Positions 25,048 through 38,432 of a stretch of DNA of 64,000 bases are shown here, one piece after another; the stretch's first letter is position 1, and each line of letters begins with the position of its first letter. Source of the DNA: Phyllobates terribilis (lineage: Eukaryota); NCBI RefSeq assembly GCF_046119375.1, contig NW_027362762.1:932232001-932296000 (forward strand), read 5' to 3'. Under the pieces are notes generated by a model. The model worked only from the letters and a program-made list of their open reading frames with translations. It was not told the origin of the DNA and searched no databases. The position numbers were made by a program, and so were the translations under genes.

Positions 25048-25670
25048 TAAACCACATATCCAAGCCCTTTCCACTTCCTGCCGACTCCAACTGAAAAATA
25101 TTTTCCAGATCCGCACATTCCTCAACCACGAATCTGCAAAAACACCAGTGCACACCCTCATCATCTCCCGCCTCGACTACTGCAACTTCCTGCTCTGCGG
25201 TCTCCCCTCTAACACTCTCGCACCCCTCCAATCTATCCTAAACTCTGCTGCAAGACTAATCCACCTGTCCCCCCGCTATTCCCCAGCCTCTCCTCTCTGT
25301 CAATCTCTTCACTGGACCCCCATTGCCCAGAGACTCCAGTTCAAAGCCCTAACCAAGACATACAAAGCCATCCACAACCTGTCTCCTCCATACATCTGTG
25401 ACCTAGTCTCCCGGTACATACCTGCACGCAACCTCCGATCCTCAGAAGATCTCCTTCTCTACTCCCCTCTTATCTCCTCTTCCCACAATCGCATACAAGA
25501 TTTCTCCCGTGCATCCCCCCTACTCTGGAACCCTCTACCCCAACACATCAGACTCTCACCTACCGTGGAAACCTTCGAAAGGAACCTGAAGACCTACCTC
25601 TTCCGATAAGCCTACAACCTGCCGTAACCATCGCTCTACCATACCGCTGCACTACTAGCTCTACCCTCAT

Positions 25671-28600
25671 CAGGGGGCAGGAGGGCAGATGCCCCTCGGG
25701 TCGGTCCCCCAGTAGCAGTTTCAGACCACCTGACGCTGTAGAAGCTAGGTGCCAGCACTGTACATACAGAATGTGTACAAGTCCCGGACGGCAGCCGCAT
25801 CCCAGCATTGCAGACACGTCCACACTGTGTGCAGTGTCTGCTGAACTCACCTCCCCAGCGCCGGATGGCTTCAATTTCTTCTGGCGGGAGACTGCGTGGA
25901 GCCGGGGAACAAGATGGAGGTCAGCATGGAGCCGAGGCAGGAGGTGAAGAATTAGGAGGTGACAGGAGAATATTCATGGCACAATCTGCAGTCCCTCTGT
26001 CTGTGGCTCTGGCTGATTTATTGCAGCAGCCTGAACCCTCACACAGATCAGGTCAGTGGGGTCTTCAGCTCCAACGTCACCAGATCTGTATGGAAGTCCA
26101 GTCTGCAGCAATAACTCAGTGAGGGTCAGATAGAGACTGCAGGCGGCGTATACATCACCCTGCACTGACTGATCATCAGCCTGCAGGACACCATATAGTA
26201 TATACAGGGCCATATATTATAGCATGTGAGGTCCTGTAGGCCGAGGATCAATCAGTGCGTATTGTATTGTATATATATGCTCAGTGTAACACCCAATATT
26301 GTTATATGTCATCTGATGTCTGTAGCCACAGTATAGTATATACTGATCTGTATACTGGCTGTGTCGTCAGATGGTCAGAGGCATAACTAGAGTCCTACGG
26401 GCTCTGGTGCAAAATTTGGACCGAGGACCCCACCAGTATGTTGGTCAGATCTATGTAATAACATAGCAGTGACATCATGCGCCATCCATTTCTGGCACGC
26501 CGACTTCTGCTGCCAGTCTATGACAGGCCGGCGGCCACTATGGCTATTGCAGTCCGGGGAGCCGGTGCATTTCTGCTTCAACACATTTGATCAGAATGGG
26601 CATCTGCGGACGCACGTTAGCTGCAGGCGCCGGTGGCCCCCTGACTCCATGGGCCCGGTCACAGTCACACCCTCTGCGAGCGTGATCTGTGCGCCCCTGC
26701 AAATGTTATATACAGGATTATAAGGGCCCGTATATTATCTGATGTCTGTAGTCACAATATATAATACACCAGTGATATATTACCTGTATACTGAATGTGG
26801 TATAAGATGTGCACAGATATCAGATGTTATATACAGGATACTATATGATGTCTTTACTCATAGTATAGTGTACAACAGTCATATCATCCTGTATATAACA
26901 TCTGTCTGTGCACATAGTAGAGTTTAGAGTATATAGGAGAATACATGACCATTATATGATATACTGTGACTACAGATATTAGACAGTATATACATGATAA
27001 TATATGAAGGTATATATTATACTATGTGCACAGATATCAGATGTTATATACAGGATACTATATGATGTCTGTACCCATAGTATAGTGTACAACAGTCATA
27101 TCATCCTGTATATGATATTGGGTGTCTGTAGTCAGTATATCATATATCGGTCATATATTATCCTATATAATTTATGTGCTGTACTATGAACCGATATCAG
27201 ATGTTATATACAGGATATCCTATACTATGACCTTTTTGCATTGAAAAAAAAAAGCACAAAAAAGGTATTTAGAGGTACAGATATTATGTAGTCCCCCATA
27301 ATTATGTGTGAAAACCTTTATCCCAGGTATACGCTTTTTTTTTACAGGACAGCAGTTTTCCGGGTTCTGTAGACGAGCTTCTGTAGTCCCTCTGTCACTG
27401 CAGACGGCTGAGTCTCGGTAGCGCGCTGTGCACACACTGTCACGATTCCCTTCTATTTCTAGCGTAGTGAACACAAGTGTACAATCTGCATAGTCGCAGT
27501 CACGTGCCGACTGGAGTCTCAGCTGCTTCTATCAGTAGAAAATTGAGAGAAGCGGATGAAAATCTAGTTAGCATTTGACCACAATTATGAAAATCACATA
27601 CAGTCTGTACGGAAAGTATTCAGACCCCTTTACATTTTTCACTCTTTGTTTCATTGCAGCCATTTGGTAAATTCTAAAAAGTTCATTTTTTTTCTCATTA
27701 AAGTACACTCTGCACCCCATCTTGTCTGAAAGAAAACAGAAATGTAGAAATTTTTGCAAATTTATTAAAAAAGAAAAGCTGAAATATCGCATGGTCATAA
27801 GTATTCAGACCCTTTGCTCAGTATTGAGTAGAAGCCCCCTTTTGAGCTAGTACAGCCATGAGTCTTCTTGGGAATGATGCCACAAGTTTTTCACCCCTGG
27901 ATTTGGGGGTCCTCTGCCATTCTTCCTTGCAGATCCTCTCCAGTTCCGTCAGGTTGGATGGTGAACGTTGGTGGACAGACATTTTCAGGTCTCTCCAGAG
28001 ATGCTCAATTGGGTTTAGGTCAGGGCTCTGGTTGGGCCAGTCAAGAATGGTCACAGAGTTGTTCTTTTAGTTGTGTACTTAGGGTCATTGTCTTGTTGGA
28101 AGGTGAACCTTCGGCCATATCTGAGGTCCAGAGCACTCTGGAAGAGGTTTTCATCCAGGATATCTCTATACTTGACCGCATTCATGTTTCCTTCAATTGC
28201 AACCAGTCATCTTGTCCCTGCAACTGAAAAACACCCCCATAGCATGATGCTGACACCACCATGTTTCACTGTTGGGATTGTATTGGGCAGGTGATGAGCA
28301 GTGCATGGTTTTTTCCACACATACCGCTTACAATTATCACCAAAAAGTTCTGTCTTCGTCTCATCAGACCAGAGAATCTTATTTCTCATAGTCAGGGAGT
28401 CCTTCATGTGTTTTTGAGCAAACTCTATGAAGGCTTTCATATGTCTTGCACTGAGGAGGGGCTTCCGTCGGGCCACTCTGCCATAAAGGCTCGACTGATG
28501 GAGGGCTGCAGTGATAGTTGACTTTGTGGAACTTTCTCCCATCTCCCTACTGCATCTCTGGAGCTCAGCCACAGTGATCTTGGGGTTCTTCTTTACCTCT

Positions 28601-29829
28601 CTCACCAAGGCTCTTCTCCTACGATTGCTCAGTTTGGCTGGACGGCCAGGTATAGGAAGACTTCTGGTGGTCCCAAACTTCTTCCATTTAAGGACTATGG
28701 AGGCCATTGTGCTCTTAGGAACCTTGAGTAATGCAGAAATTCTTTTGTAACCTTGGCCAGATCTGTGCCTTGCCACAATTCTGTCTCTGAGCTCCTTGGG
28801 CAGTTCCTTTGAGCTCATGATTCTCATCATTTGGTCTGACATGCACTGTGAGCTGTGAGGTCTTATATAGACAGGTGTGCGCCTTTCCAAATCAAGTCCT
28901 ATCAGTTTAATTAAACACAGCTGGACTCCAATGAAGGAGTAGAACCATCTCAAGGAGGATCACGAGGAAATGGACAGCATGTGACTTAAATATGAGTGTC
29001 TGAGCAAAGGGGCTGAATACTTACGACCATGTGATATTTCAGTTTTTCTTTTTTAATAAATTTGCAAAAATTTCTACATTTCTGTTTTTTTTCAGTCAAG
29101 ATGGGGTATAGAGTGTACTTTAATGAGAAAAAAAATGAACTTTTTAGAATTTACCAAATGGCTGCAATGAAACAGAGTGAAAAATGTAAAGGGGTCTGAA
29201 TACTTTCCGTACCCACTGTATATGTGATCGCTAGATTGCTCGCTGGGAACACAGGGGAATCATTGGCAGTGTTTCTGAAAACCACCTCATGGGTATGTGC
29301 ACACAACAACTGGTTAGCCAAGTTTTCTAGGCAAAGATGCTTCAGGAAAATGCCGGCTTTCTTTTTCTTGAGGCAGTTTCACTGGTGGCTTTGCAGTACT
29401 TTTCTGTAGTGGCCCCCGGCCACCGGAGTCTTTTCTCTTCATTTTATACAATAGTGGTTAGTACCTTCAGCAAAGAATGAACATGTCACTTCTTTTAGAC
29501 TCTTCACAGTCTCAATACCCTGAAGCAGTTAAAAGAGGTAAAAAAACACTGAAGACATGCACAGCAATGTTGATTAAACATTGCTGTGCATTATGTTAAT
29601 TTTTTTTTTTTGTGGCATTTTTGCAGCTCTTTTTCCGGTGGAATCCACCTGACAAAGATGTGCATCTACCCCGAGCTTGGTTTTGATACCATATCTGTGT
29701 AGCAGGTTTGGGCCTTTCACTGCTTCTATGTAGCCCCCTGAATGGTGAATTTCATACTGTAGACACAATAAGAATGGGCCGCTGCTGTCTGCTTGCCTCC
29801 CAGGCTAAAAATTTTCCATCCAGCCCCTG
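25671..29829. mobile_element. Non-autonomous hAT-like element (4.2 kb) in the L2 3'UTR, carrying a nested Tc1
   Basis: Ends CAGGGGGCAGGA / TCCAGCCCCTG; 8-bp TSD accctcat/accctcac; L2 sequence resumes on both sides. Confidence 0.72.
27601..29218 (-). mobile_element. Full-length IR/DR Tc1 with disrupted transposase (27818-28818)
   Basis: About 215-bp IRs with internal DRs (gtattcagaccc), TA TSD. MSSKELPKELRDRIV...LWSDETK...[15 protein letters not shown]; deletion/frameshift near 28070. Confidence 0.93.
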
Positions 29830-30217
29830 ACCCTCACCTAATGTATCCTCCCCCATCCCCTGTAGACTGTGAGCCCCCGCGGGCAGGGTCCTCGCTCCTC
29901 CTGTACCAGTCATTGACTTGTATTGTGTAAGATTACTTGATTTGTTTTTCTACAAGTTAAATATGTAAAGATTTGGTGCAATGTAATGCACAAAAAATCA
30001 AAATGCAGATACATTATAATCAGATATACCAACCAAAAAGAGTAATAATAGACTGTATCACCACATCAGCCTCCATCTCAGAAACCGACGCGCGTTTTGA
30101 TCCTACTTCATCTGGGGTCCAATTATTATCATGTATTATATAAACTGTAATAAAACTTGCTGTGCCTTTTAAAATGGATTCCGGGTGGGATCTGCCTGAA
30201 AAAGACGTCATCTGCAC

Positions 30218-30546
30218 CAGGGCTGTGGAGTCGGTAAACCAAACCTCCGACTCCTCAATTTCCATGACACCAACTCCGACTCCACGACTCCGACTCCCTC
30301 ATACACGGCTCATGTGATGGTGATAAATTTACTGGAGCACAGATTCATCTCAGCTAAAAGTCTAGAGCCTTAGATCAGGAATAGGACAGACATTTATAGG
30401 ACATTTCATAACTTTCCCAAATTCTTAGGAAAAAATATTCCCCACAAACTGCATTGAGCTACTGTACCCAATTTATTATATATATTTTAGGAGTTGGAGT
30501 CGGTCCATTTTATACCGACTCCAATTCCTCCGACTCCACCGCCCTG
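30218..30546. mobile_element. hAT-type MITE, copy 2
   Basis: Same TIR as copy 1; TSD atctgcac. Confidence 0.92.
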
Positions 30547-30895
30547 ATCTGCACAGAGCCTAACCAAATAAAATGGTTAACTTTGGGAAAAGAAACCCAC
30601 GCCCCTAAAAACAAATAAGTAGTTGGTATCACACCCCTCGCTATAAACCTATTTCATTCGCTATTTATCCTTTATTGTAATAGAAAGTAATCAAAAAGTC
30701 GCTCCAAAGGTTAGTAAAACATAAAAAAACAATATAAAGTGGATATTTTCTATAATTCTGTCACGGTTCTCAGAATGTGGTGATACGAAAACATTTTTTT
30801 TTTTTTTCAGTTTATTTTTTACATAATTAGCGTAAAATTTAAAATGTAAGAAAAAGTCAGAATTGATTTTTTTTCTTCTCTTCCTTCTCATTTAA

Positions 30896-31323
30896 AGGGA
30901 ATCTTTCAGCATGTTTTTACTATGTAATCTGAGAGCAGCATGATGTAGAGGCAGAGAGCCTGATTCCAGCAATGTGTCACTTACTGGACTGCTTGGTGTA
31001 GGTTTGATAGAATCCCTGTTTTCTCTGCTGCAGAGCTCAAATGCTGAGCTGTATAACCCCGCCTACAACACTGATTGGCAGCTTCCTATGTATACTGTCA
31101 GCAAACTGCCAATCAGTGGTGGGGGGCGGGGTTACACACTTTAACTGGACTGCCTGGCGTGTGAGATCTAGTCCTCCAGTGATGATCTCCTGCTCATAAA
31201 ACACTTATTGTATTGAAACTACAGCACACAGCCTAATAAGTGACACATCCCTGGAATCAGGCTCTCTGCCCCTATTTTATGCTACTCTCAGAATAAACAG
31301 CAAAACCTGCTGATAGATTCTCT
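30896..31323. mobile_element. T2/Kolobok-type MITE
   Basis: TTAA|AGGGAATCT...AGATTCTCT|TTAA with palindromic arms. Confidence 0.85.
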
Positions 31324-31340
31324 TTAAGTTAGATGACTAG

Positions 31341-31820
<480 letters not shown>

Positions 31821-31969
31821 TGATTTTTTTTTTTTTTTTAAATATTTCATATATTTTATCCCTTTCACATCACGACCAAGAGTGTTGGTAATGGGTTAAC
31901 TGTTTAGATGCTGCAATCACTATTGACCGCAGCATCTAAGGGGTTCAACTTCCAAAAATGCTGCACTTA

Positions 31970-32990
31970 CATGTGGGTGTATACCATATAAGCCGACCCA
32001 CCTAATTTTACCACAAAAAAAAAATGGGAAAACGTATTGATTCGAGGATAAGCCTAGGGTGGGAAATGCAGCACCTACTGGTAAATTTCCCCATCCTAGT
32101 AAGCATTGCCCATTCATCACCAATCCTGGTATGCATGGCACCCCTCATCCCCTAATCCTGGTAAGCATTGCCCATTCATCCCCTATCCTGGTAAGCATTG
32201 CCCATTCATCCCCAATCCTGGTATGCATGGCCCCCCTCATCCCCAATCCTGGTATGCATGGCCTCCTCATCCCCCAATCCTGGTATGCATGGCCTCCTCA
32301 TCCCCCAATCCTGGTATGCATGGCACCCCTATCCTGGTATACATGGCCTCCCATCACTGCAAACACAGAATAAACACTTTATACTCTCCTTCCTCCCTCA
32401 CCTCTGCTCCAGTGCTGCGTTCTGTCTGCCAGCAGCTGATCTCGGCATCTGAGCAGCGCATGACGTCACTGCCATGCGCCTTCAGACGCTGAGGTGAGCT
32501 GCGGTGATGTTCACTCTTTTCCACGCCGGGACTATGGACGTGGAGAGGAGTGCATATTCATTCTCCTTAATAGCGCGCACTCTCAGCAGCGGCCGCCAGC
32601 TTCTTGCTGCGGCTCAGCTATCTCGTGTGCCCGCTAATAAAAAGAGAATGAATATTCACTCTTCTCCACACCCATGAGAGTGGAGAAGAGTGAATATTCA
32701 TACTCTATTATCGGGCACAGAGGATCGCTGAGCCGCAGCAAGAAGCCGGCGGCTGTGACTGACAGTGTGTGCTATTAAGGAGAATGAATATTCACTCCTC
32801 TCCACTCCCATGGACGTGGAGAAGTGAATATTCATTCACTTTAGCAGTGGGCACACGTGGTACCTGCAGCAGCCGGCTATTGCCTGTGCACCGCTCCTCC
32901 GCCGCCGCAACATCCCTCCACAGCCGGAATGTAAGTATATAGTCGAGTATAAGCCGAGGGGGGGCTTTTTCAGCGAGTATATACGGTATA
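31970..32990. mobile_element. Non-autonomous pogo/Tc2-like element with an internal minisatellite of about 30 bp (32085-32350)
   Basis: Ends with tataagccga motifs and ...cgagtatatacggta; tandem cccaatcctggtatgcatggc units. Confidence 0.6.
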
Positions 32991-33155
32991 TTAACACATG
33001 TGTTTTATGGCATGTGGCGGAGAGGCTAATTAGTGAGGGACACAGGTTTTGTAGGAATTTTTGTAAGCTTTTTGGTATTAAATAGAGCAGCCTGGGTCTG
33101 TGGCCACTTCTCCCGGGTTAGGTGGAGCCGGACATTAGCTCTGAACACAATTTAA

Positions 33156-33428
<273 letters not shown>

Positions 33429-33589
33429 AAGAGGGCGATCATTGGAAATCCTCTGGCACAAAGAAATTGTTTTACACTTTTTATATGACCTGGGAAATAT
33501 CCTTTTTATAATCATCTTTTTACTTTTATTTGTTTCTTATTCAATATTTATCATTGTCAAATTGGGGAGGAGACCAACTGGGAAATTTA

Positions 33590-35115
33590 CTACAAACTTT
33601 ATTTACAGCTGCCAGAAGGGGAAGGAGACCAACCAGGGAACCTCTTTACTATGTTTTCTATCTTTACCACTGCCAGAGGGGAAAGGAGACTGATATTGGA
33701 ATATGCTAAGGATTATATTTATGGCTTCAAGAAAAGAAAGGGCATTGACTAAGGACTGTATTTATGTAGTAGCTGCCGAAGTTGAAAGAAGATTGATTGA
33801 TTGAGAGAAATAATAGGTATTATATGTACAGCTATCAGAAGGGAAAGAAGGCAGTACTAGGGGGTGAAGCAGACTGACTTGAGATTTTACTAGGGACATT
33901 TTTTACAGCTGCCAGAGGGAGAAGGAGGCTGACAATATTTATAAATACAAGAAAAGGAAGGACAGTGACTGGGGACTATATTTATACAGTAGCTGCTCGA
34001 CGAGAAAGGAGACTGATTGGGGGAAATAATGATGATTATATATAAAACTGTCAGAAGGGGGAGGGGCATGACAAAAGATCTAAGTTACATCTGCAAGGGG
34101 CTGAAGAAGACTGATTGGAAATCTTGCTAGGGACAATATTTACAGCTGCGGAGGGGGAAGGAGGCTGATTAAGGGACTAAGCGGGGATTATATTTACAAT
34201 AATCCAGGATAATCTGTGTCTTTTACACTTGAATTACCAATAATTGAGATGGTGCAAGTATAAAGACTGTTTGTTTATACAGGTACAGCACGGTGGCTCA
34301 GTGGTTAGCACTGTTGCTTTGCAGCGCTGGGGACCTGGGTTCAAACCCCACCAAGGACAACATCTGCAAGGAGTTTATATTCGTGTTTGTTCTGGGTACT
34401 TTACTTTCCTCCCACATTGCTGATGGGGAATTAAGATTGTGAGCCCCAATGGGGACAGTGAAGAAAATGTGTATAAAGTGCTGCGGAATATGATGGTGTA
34501 CTAGATACAAACAAAACAAAAAAGTAATCTACTTCAAAACAATGCAGGGACATGTAGATGGGGCAAAAAGACCATTTACAATCAAAGGCAGCATCACTAA
34601 ATGGCAGCACAATATAATGGCAGATTTCCAGAGCGGAAAGGTAAATTCAAGTGAATATATTTACAGCTGCCAGAGGGGGAAGGAGACTGATGAGGGAACT
34701 TCTTTGGGATTATATTTACAGCTACCAGATGGGAAAGAAGACTGATTAGGGAATTTAGATACTTTATTTAAAGCTGCTAGGAGACTGGCTGATGGTGACA
34801 TAAAGTGGAAGAGTGGGTTTGGCTGTTGTAGGCATAAAACAAAGAAATGGATGGACAGTACCCGGCAGCCATCCCACAAGATCACTGATGAGCAGTGGTG
34901 CTAAATCATTTAACTTCTTAGGGATTATATTTACTGCTGCCAGAGGGGGAAGGAAACTGATTAGGGAACTTAGACACTATATTTAAAGCTGCTAGAGGAC
35001 TGACTGGTGGTGACATAAAGTGAAAGAGTTTGGCTGTTGTAGGCATAAAACAAAGAAATGTATGGACAGTACCCGGCAGCCATCCCACAAGATCACTGAT
35101 GAGCAGTGGTTCTAA
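33590..35115 (+). repeat. Degenerate purine-rich repeat downstream of the RWDD2B stop, including a tandem duplication of about 215 bp (34706-35115)
   Basis: Recurrent tatatttacagctgccagagggggaaggagactgat; block ...gcagccatcccacaagatcactgatgagcagtgg occurs twice. Confidence 0.7.
34287..34520 (+). mobile_element. tRNA-derived SINE with an L2-like tail
   Basis: A box TGGCTCAGTGG 34294-34304; B box GGTTCAAACC 34338-34347; tail taaagtgctgcggaatatg. Confidence 0.82.
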
Positions 35116-35257
35116 GGCGGAGAAAGAAAAAAGACAAAAAAATTAAAGTTTTTCAAAAGAAAACTGCAAGTCTTTTAATGGAATGTAAATTAAAATACTG
35201 AATAATAAGTTGCTGGGAATTTTTAACTTTACTTGATTTGTGGGACAACAACTTTAA

Positions 35258-35894
35258 CCTGGTAACGACCAAGTGCTGTAAAGGAACCAAGCTCCATGTT
35301 GAATTTATGACGTCATATTAAAAGTCTTGCTCTTGCAAACTGTCAGGAGTAAGCTCAGGTCTGCAGCTGTCAGTGATAGCCAATGATCCTGGGGAGAAGA
35401 CAGAAATGGTTTATTACCACTTCTGTCTTCTCTTTTGTCGGTTACATAGCACTTAATGAGCGCTATGTATTGTCCAGAAGCTTTGGCACTGCTGATGCTT
35501 CTGTAAAACCTTGCAATCTCATGATCGCAGGGGTGTCTGTCTGTCATGACTGCCTGGTCCTATAATATAAGACATAGTCAGAAGGCTGCTTTTCCCTGTA
35601 ACTGGGGATGTCAGTTACAGTGGAAAAAATGTACAGAAGAAATAGTTCAACAGGGTTATTTAATGTGAAAAATTAATAGTAAAAATTAACTAACAAAAAT
35701 TGGGGGATTTTTTTTTGCTTCACAAAGAAAAATTATATAAATTACATGGTCATTTATAGAAACATCCCCCTCTCAAACAGAACTTAAAAAATAATAAAAT
35801 GGGCCCTGTATAAAAGAAGTAGATACGGGTGAAATGTAGGGAGGCAAAAAATTGAAAAATCCTTAAGGTCCTTTCAGGCCTGGTCATTTGAAGG
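35258..35894. mobile_element. piggyBac-like non-autonomous element
   Basis: TTAA|CCT...AGG|TTAA ends. Related fragments appear to lie near 7.4-8.1 kb and 14.4-14.85 kb. Confidence 0.55.
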
Positions 35895-37302
35895 TTAATG
35901 TAATGGCGCAAGGTTCCAGTTTGAGGGTGTAGAGGGGGTATTATTGTATGTATTCAGTTGTAGATTTCTGATTATTCCTCAAATTGGGGGAGAATGTTTT
36001 TCAGGCTGCTTTGATTTGTGTTTTTAAACTTTTCATATTGGTCTGAATCAATGGCAAAATAAAACAAAAATATATTATTCAAAACTTCTTTGGTTTGTCT
36101 CTTGAACCCAGCACAAAACGTCTTTTGTTATTGTTGACGGCCGCATAAATCGGAACATAATGCTCGGACTGGCCGACGGCTCTACTGAGCGTGACCACTC
36201 GGGCCGCGAGAGCCGCCGGCCAGTCCAACATTGCGTTCCGATCTCGGTGCGATTTATACGGCCGTCTGACTGCGCTCTAATAGAGCTGTTAAAGGTGGTG
36301 ACTTTAATTTACATTGGGAAAAAAACTTGGTGGCATATATGTGAGTAAGGATATCACTATCCGAAACGCGTGAGGTTTCACTATGTCTTAGAATTCCCAT
36401 TTTACTCCCATGTATTTTTTAATGAAGCTTGAGTAAAAATTGGAAATTTTTTAATCATTCCTGGTGCCGGACTGTGTCCTTTTTCACTTTCTCAAAACCT
36501 TGTGATTGGTTCCCTTTAAGTGGATCTAATTGGTCTGGGCTTTATAGGAAATCATCAATTTCACTATAAACTACAGTACCATTATATTTTAGTATATTAT
36601 AAGTGTTTAGGATCAGGTTCTCTGGAACCCAAAAAAAATAGTTATAAAAACATTAGAAATTTTGATCACTTTTCCTTTTGCCAATATGAAAATTAAATAA
36701 AAAAAAAAAGTATATTTGGTATCGCAGCATCCGTAAAATCCTCATCTAAAAAAATATATAAAATTATTTAACTCGCATGGTAAAGAAAACAAACCGAAAT
36801 GCTAAATTGATGCTTTTTGGTCACAGCCCCTTAAAGCGAACCTGTCATCAGGTAGTTTTCCCTATGTCATCCACACAGTCTCCCCGGCATCAGGCGCCGG
36901 CGCAGGGGTCCTTCTTAGCCCTGACGAGGGCAGAGCAAAGTACTGCAGTGCGCATGCGCTGGGAAAGGTCAAAGAGCCCTCGTCAGGGCATAGAAGTACA
37001 CCTGTGCAGGAGTGCGATGCCAGGGAGACTGTGTGGATGATGTAGGACGCGTCATCCACATGTAGGAAGAAGGAGGACGGCATCGTAAGAAGGGAGGCGT
37101 CACACCAAGAACAACAACACCCCTCGGACCGGACCGCCCCACAGGTGAGTATAACAAAAGCTCCTTTTCTTGTCTTTCAGCTCTGGTGGTGGCTGTATCT
37201 CATATCGGCCAAAGCTGGTGACAGGTTCCCTTTTAACCTGAAAAAATGCAATAAAAAGCAATCAAAACATTCTATGCGCCCCTAAATTTTACAACTCATA
37301 GC

Positions 37303-37599
37303 TAGGGATGAGCGGACCCGTGGAAGTTTGGGTTCTGGTACACAACCTGAACTTTATTCCAAAGTTTGGTTCAGGTACCAGAACTGTACCAAAACTTGAA
37401 CTAGAACCCGAACCCCATTGAAAATAATGAGGACCCAAACTATTGAGCTGGAAAATATTCCCTCTCCCCAACGGACTTCCCCCGGAACTCCGAACATTGC
37501 AACAGACTTCTGGGAGAAGTTTGTGTTTGGAGTTTAGCACTGGACACTAACTGTCCGGTACGAACCCCGAACTTTTAAGTTTGTGTTTGCTCATCTCTA
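37303..37599. mobile_element. hAT MITE (TAGGGATGAGC family)
   Basis: TIR tagggatgagc / gctcatctcta; TSD ctcatagc/ctcacagc. Confidence 0.8.
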
Positions 37600-37840
37600 C
37601 TCACAGCTCCATTGGCAGAAAAATACAAAAAATTGGTTCTCGAAATATGGCGACACAAACAAATCTTTTTTTTCCTTTTTTCAACCCTTCTTTAAATTTT
37701 ATTTAAAACCAGTAAAAAAATATATACAGTACAGACCAAAAGTTTGGACACACCTTCTCATTTAAAGATTTTTCTGTATTTTCATAACTATGAAAATTGC
37801 ACATTCACACTGAAGGCATCAAAACTATGAGTTAACACAT

Positions 37841-38347
37841 TAACCAGGGGAGGAGTCCTGAGGAGATAATTTGCATATTCCCACTGCATTTTGGGGTAAG
37901 TGAAGAGTCTCCGCGAGCTCAAAGAACACTGGATTTTGGCTGTTGGAGCTGAAAAGAGGACATCGGTAAACCAGGGGAGGAGTCCTGAGGAGATAATTTG
38001 CATATTCCCACTGCATTTTGGGGTAAGTGAAGAGTCTCCGCAAGCTCAAAGAACACTGGATTTTGGCTGTTGGAGCTGAAAAGAGGACATCGGTAAACCA
38101 GGGGAGGAGTCCTGAGGAGATAATTTGCATATTCCCACTGCATTTTGGGGTAAGTGAAGAGTCTCCGCAAGCTCAAAGAACACTGGATTTTGGCTGTTGG
38201 AGCTGAAAAGAGGACATCGGTAAACCAGGGGAGGAGTCCTGAGGAGATAATTTGCATATTCCCACTGCATTTTGGGGTAAGTGAAGAGTCTCCGCAAGCT
38301 CAAAGAACACTGGATTTTGGCTGTTGGAGCTGAAAAGAGGACATCAG
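37841..38347 (+). repeat. Four tandem 127-bp monomers in the CR1 5'UTR
   Basis: Units start at 37841, 37967, 38094 and 38221; differences are limited to one or two positions per unit. Confidence 0.97.
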
Positions 38348-38432
38348 TAAACCACGCACCTACCGGCGCGCGCATTTTGAAGCTTTTTTTTTAAGCTTTT
38401 TTCACTGTTTTCAGAACATTAACAATAAGAAC

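Larger units (their letters stand above)
21580..29940 (+). mobile_element. Degenerate L2-clade LINE (APE endonuclease + RT) split by three insertions
   Basis: Remnants ALWNARSICNKL and LAITETWL (endonuclease); [40 protein letters not shown] (RT); IISRLDYCN and LQSILNSAARLI. L2-type 3' tail tagactgtgagcccccgcgggcaggg at 29860-29900. Confidence 0.88.

Noticed and set aside
34880-35110. CTGATGAG within cactgatgagcagtgg (twice), as a hammerhead or C/D snoRNA
   Set aside because: No GAAA half-core or stems and no paired box C/D termini; it is part of a local duplication.
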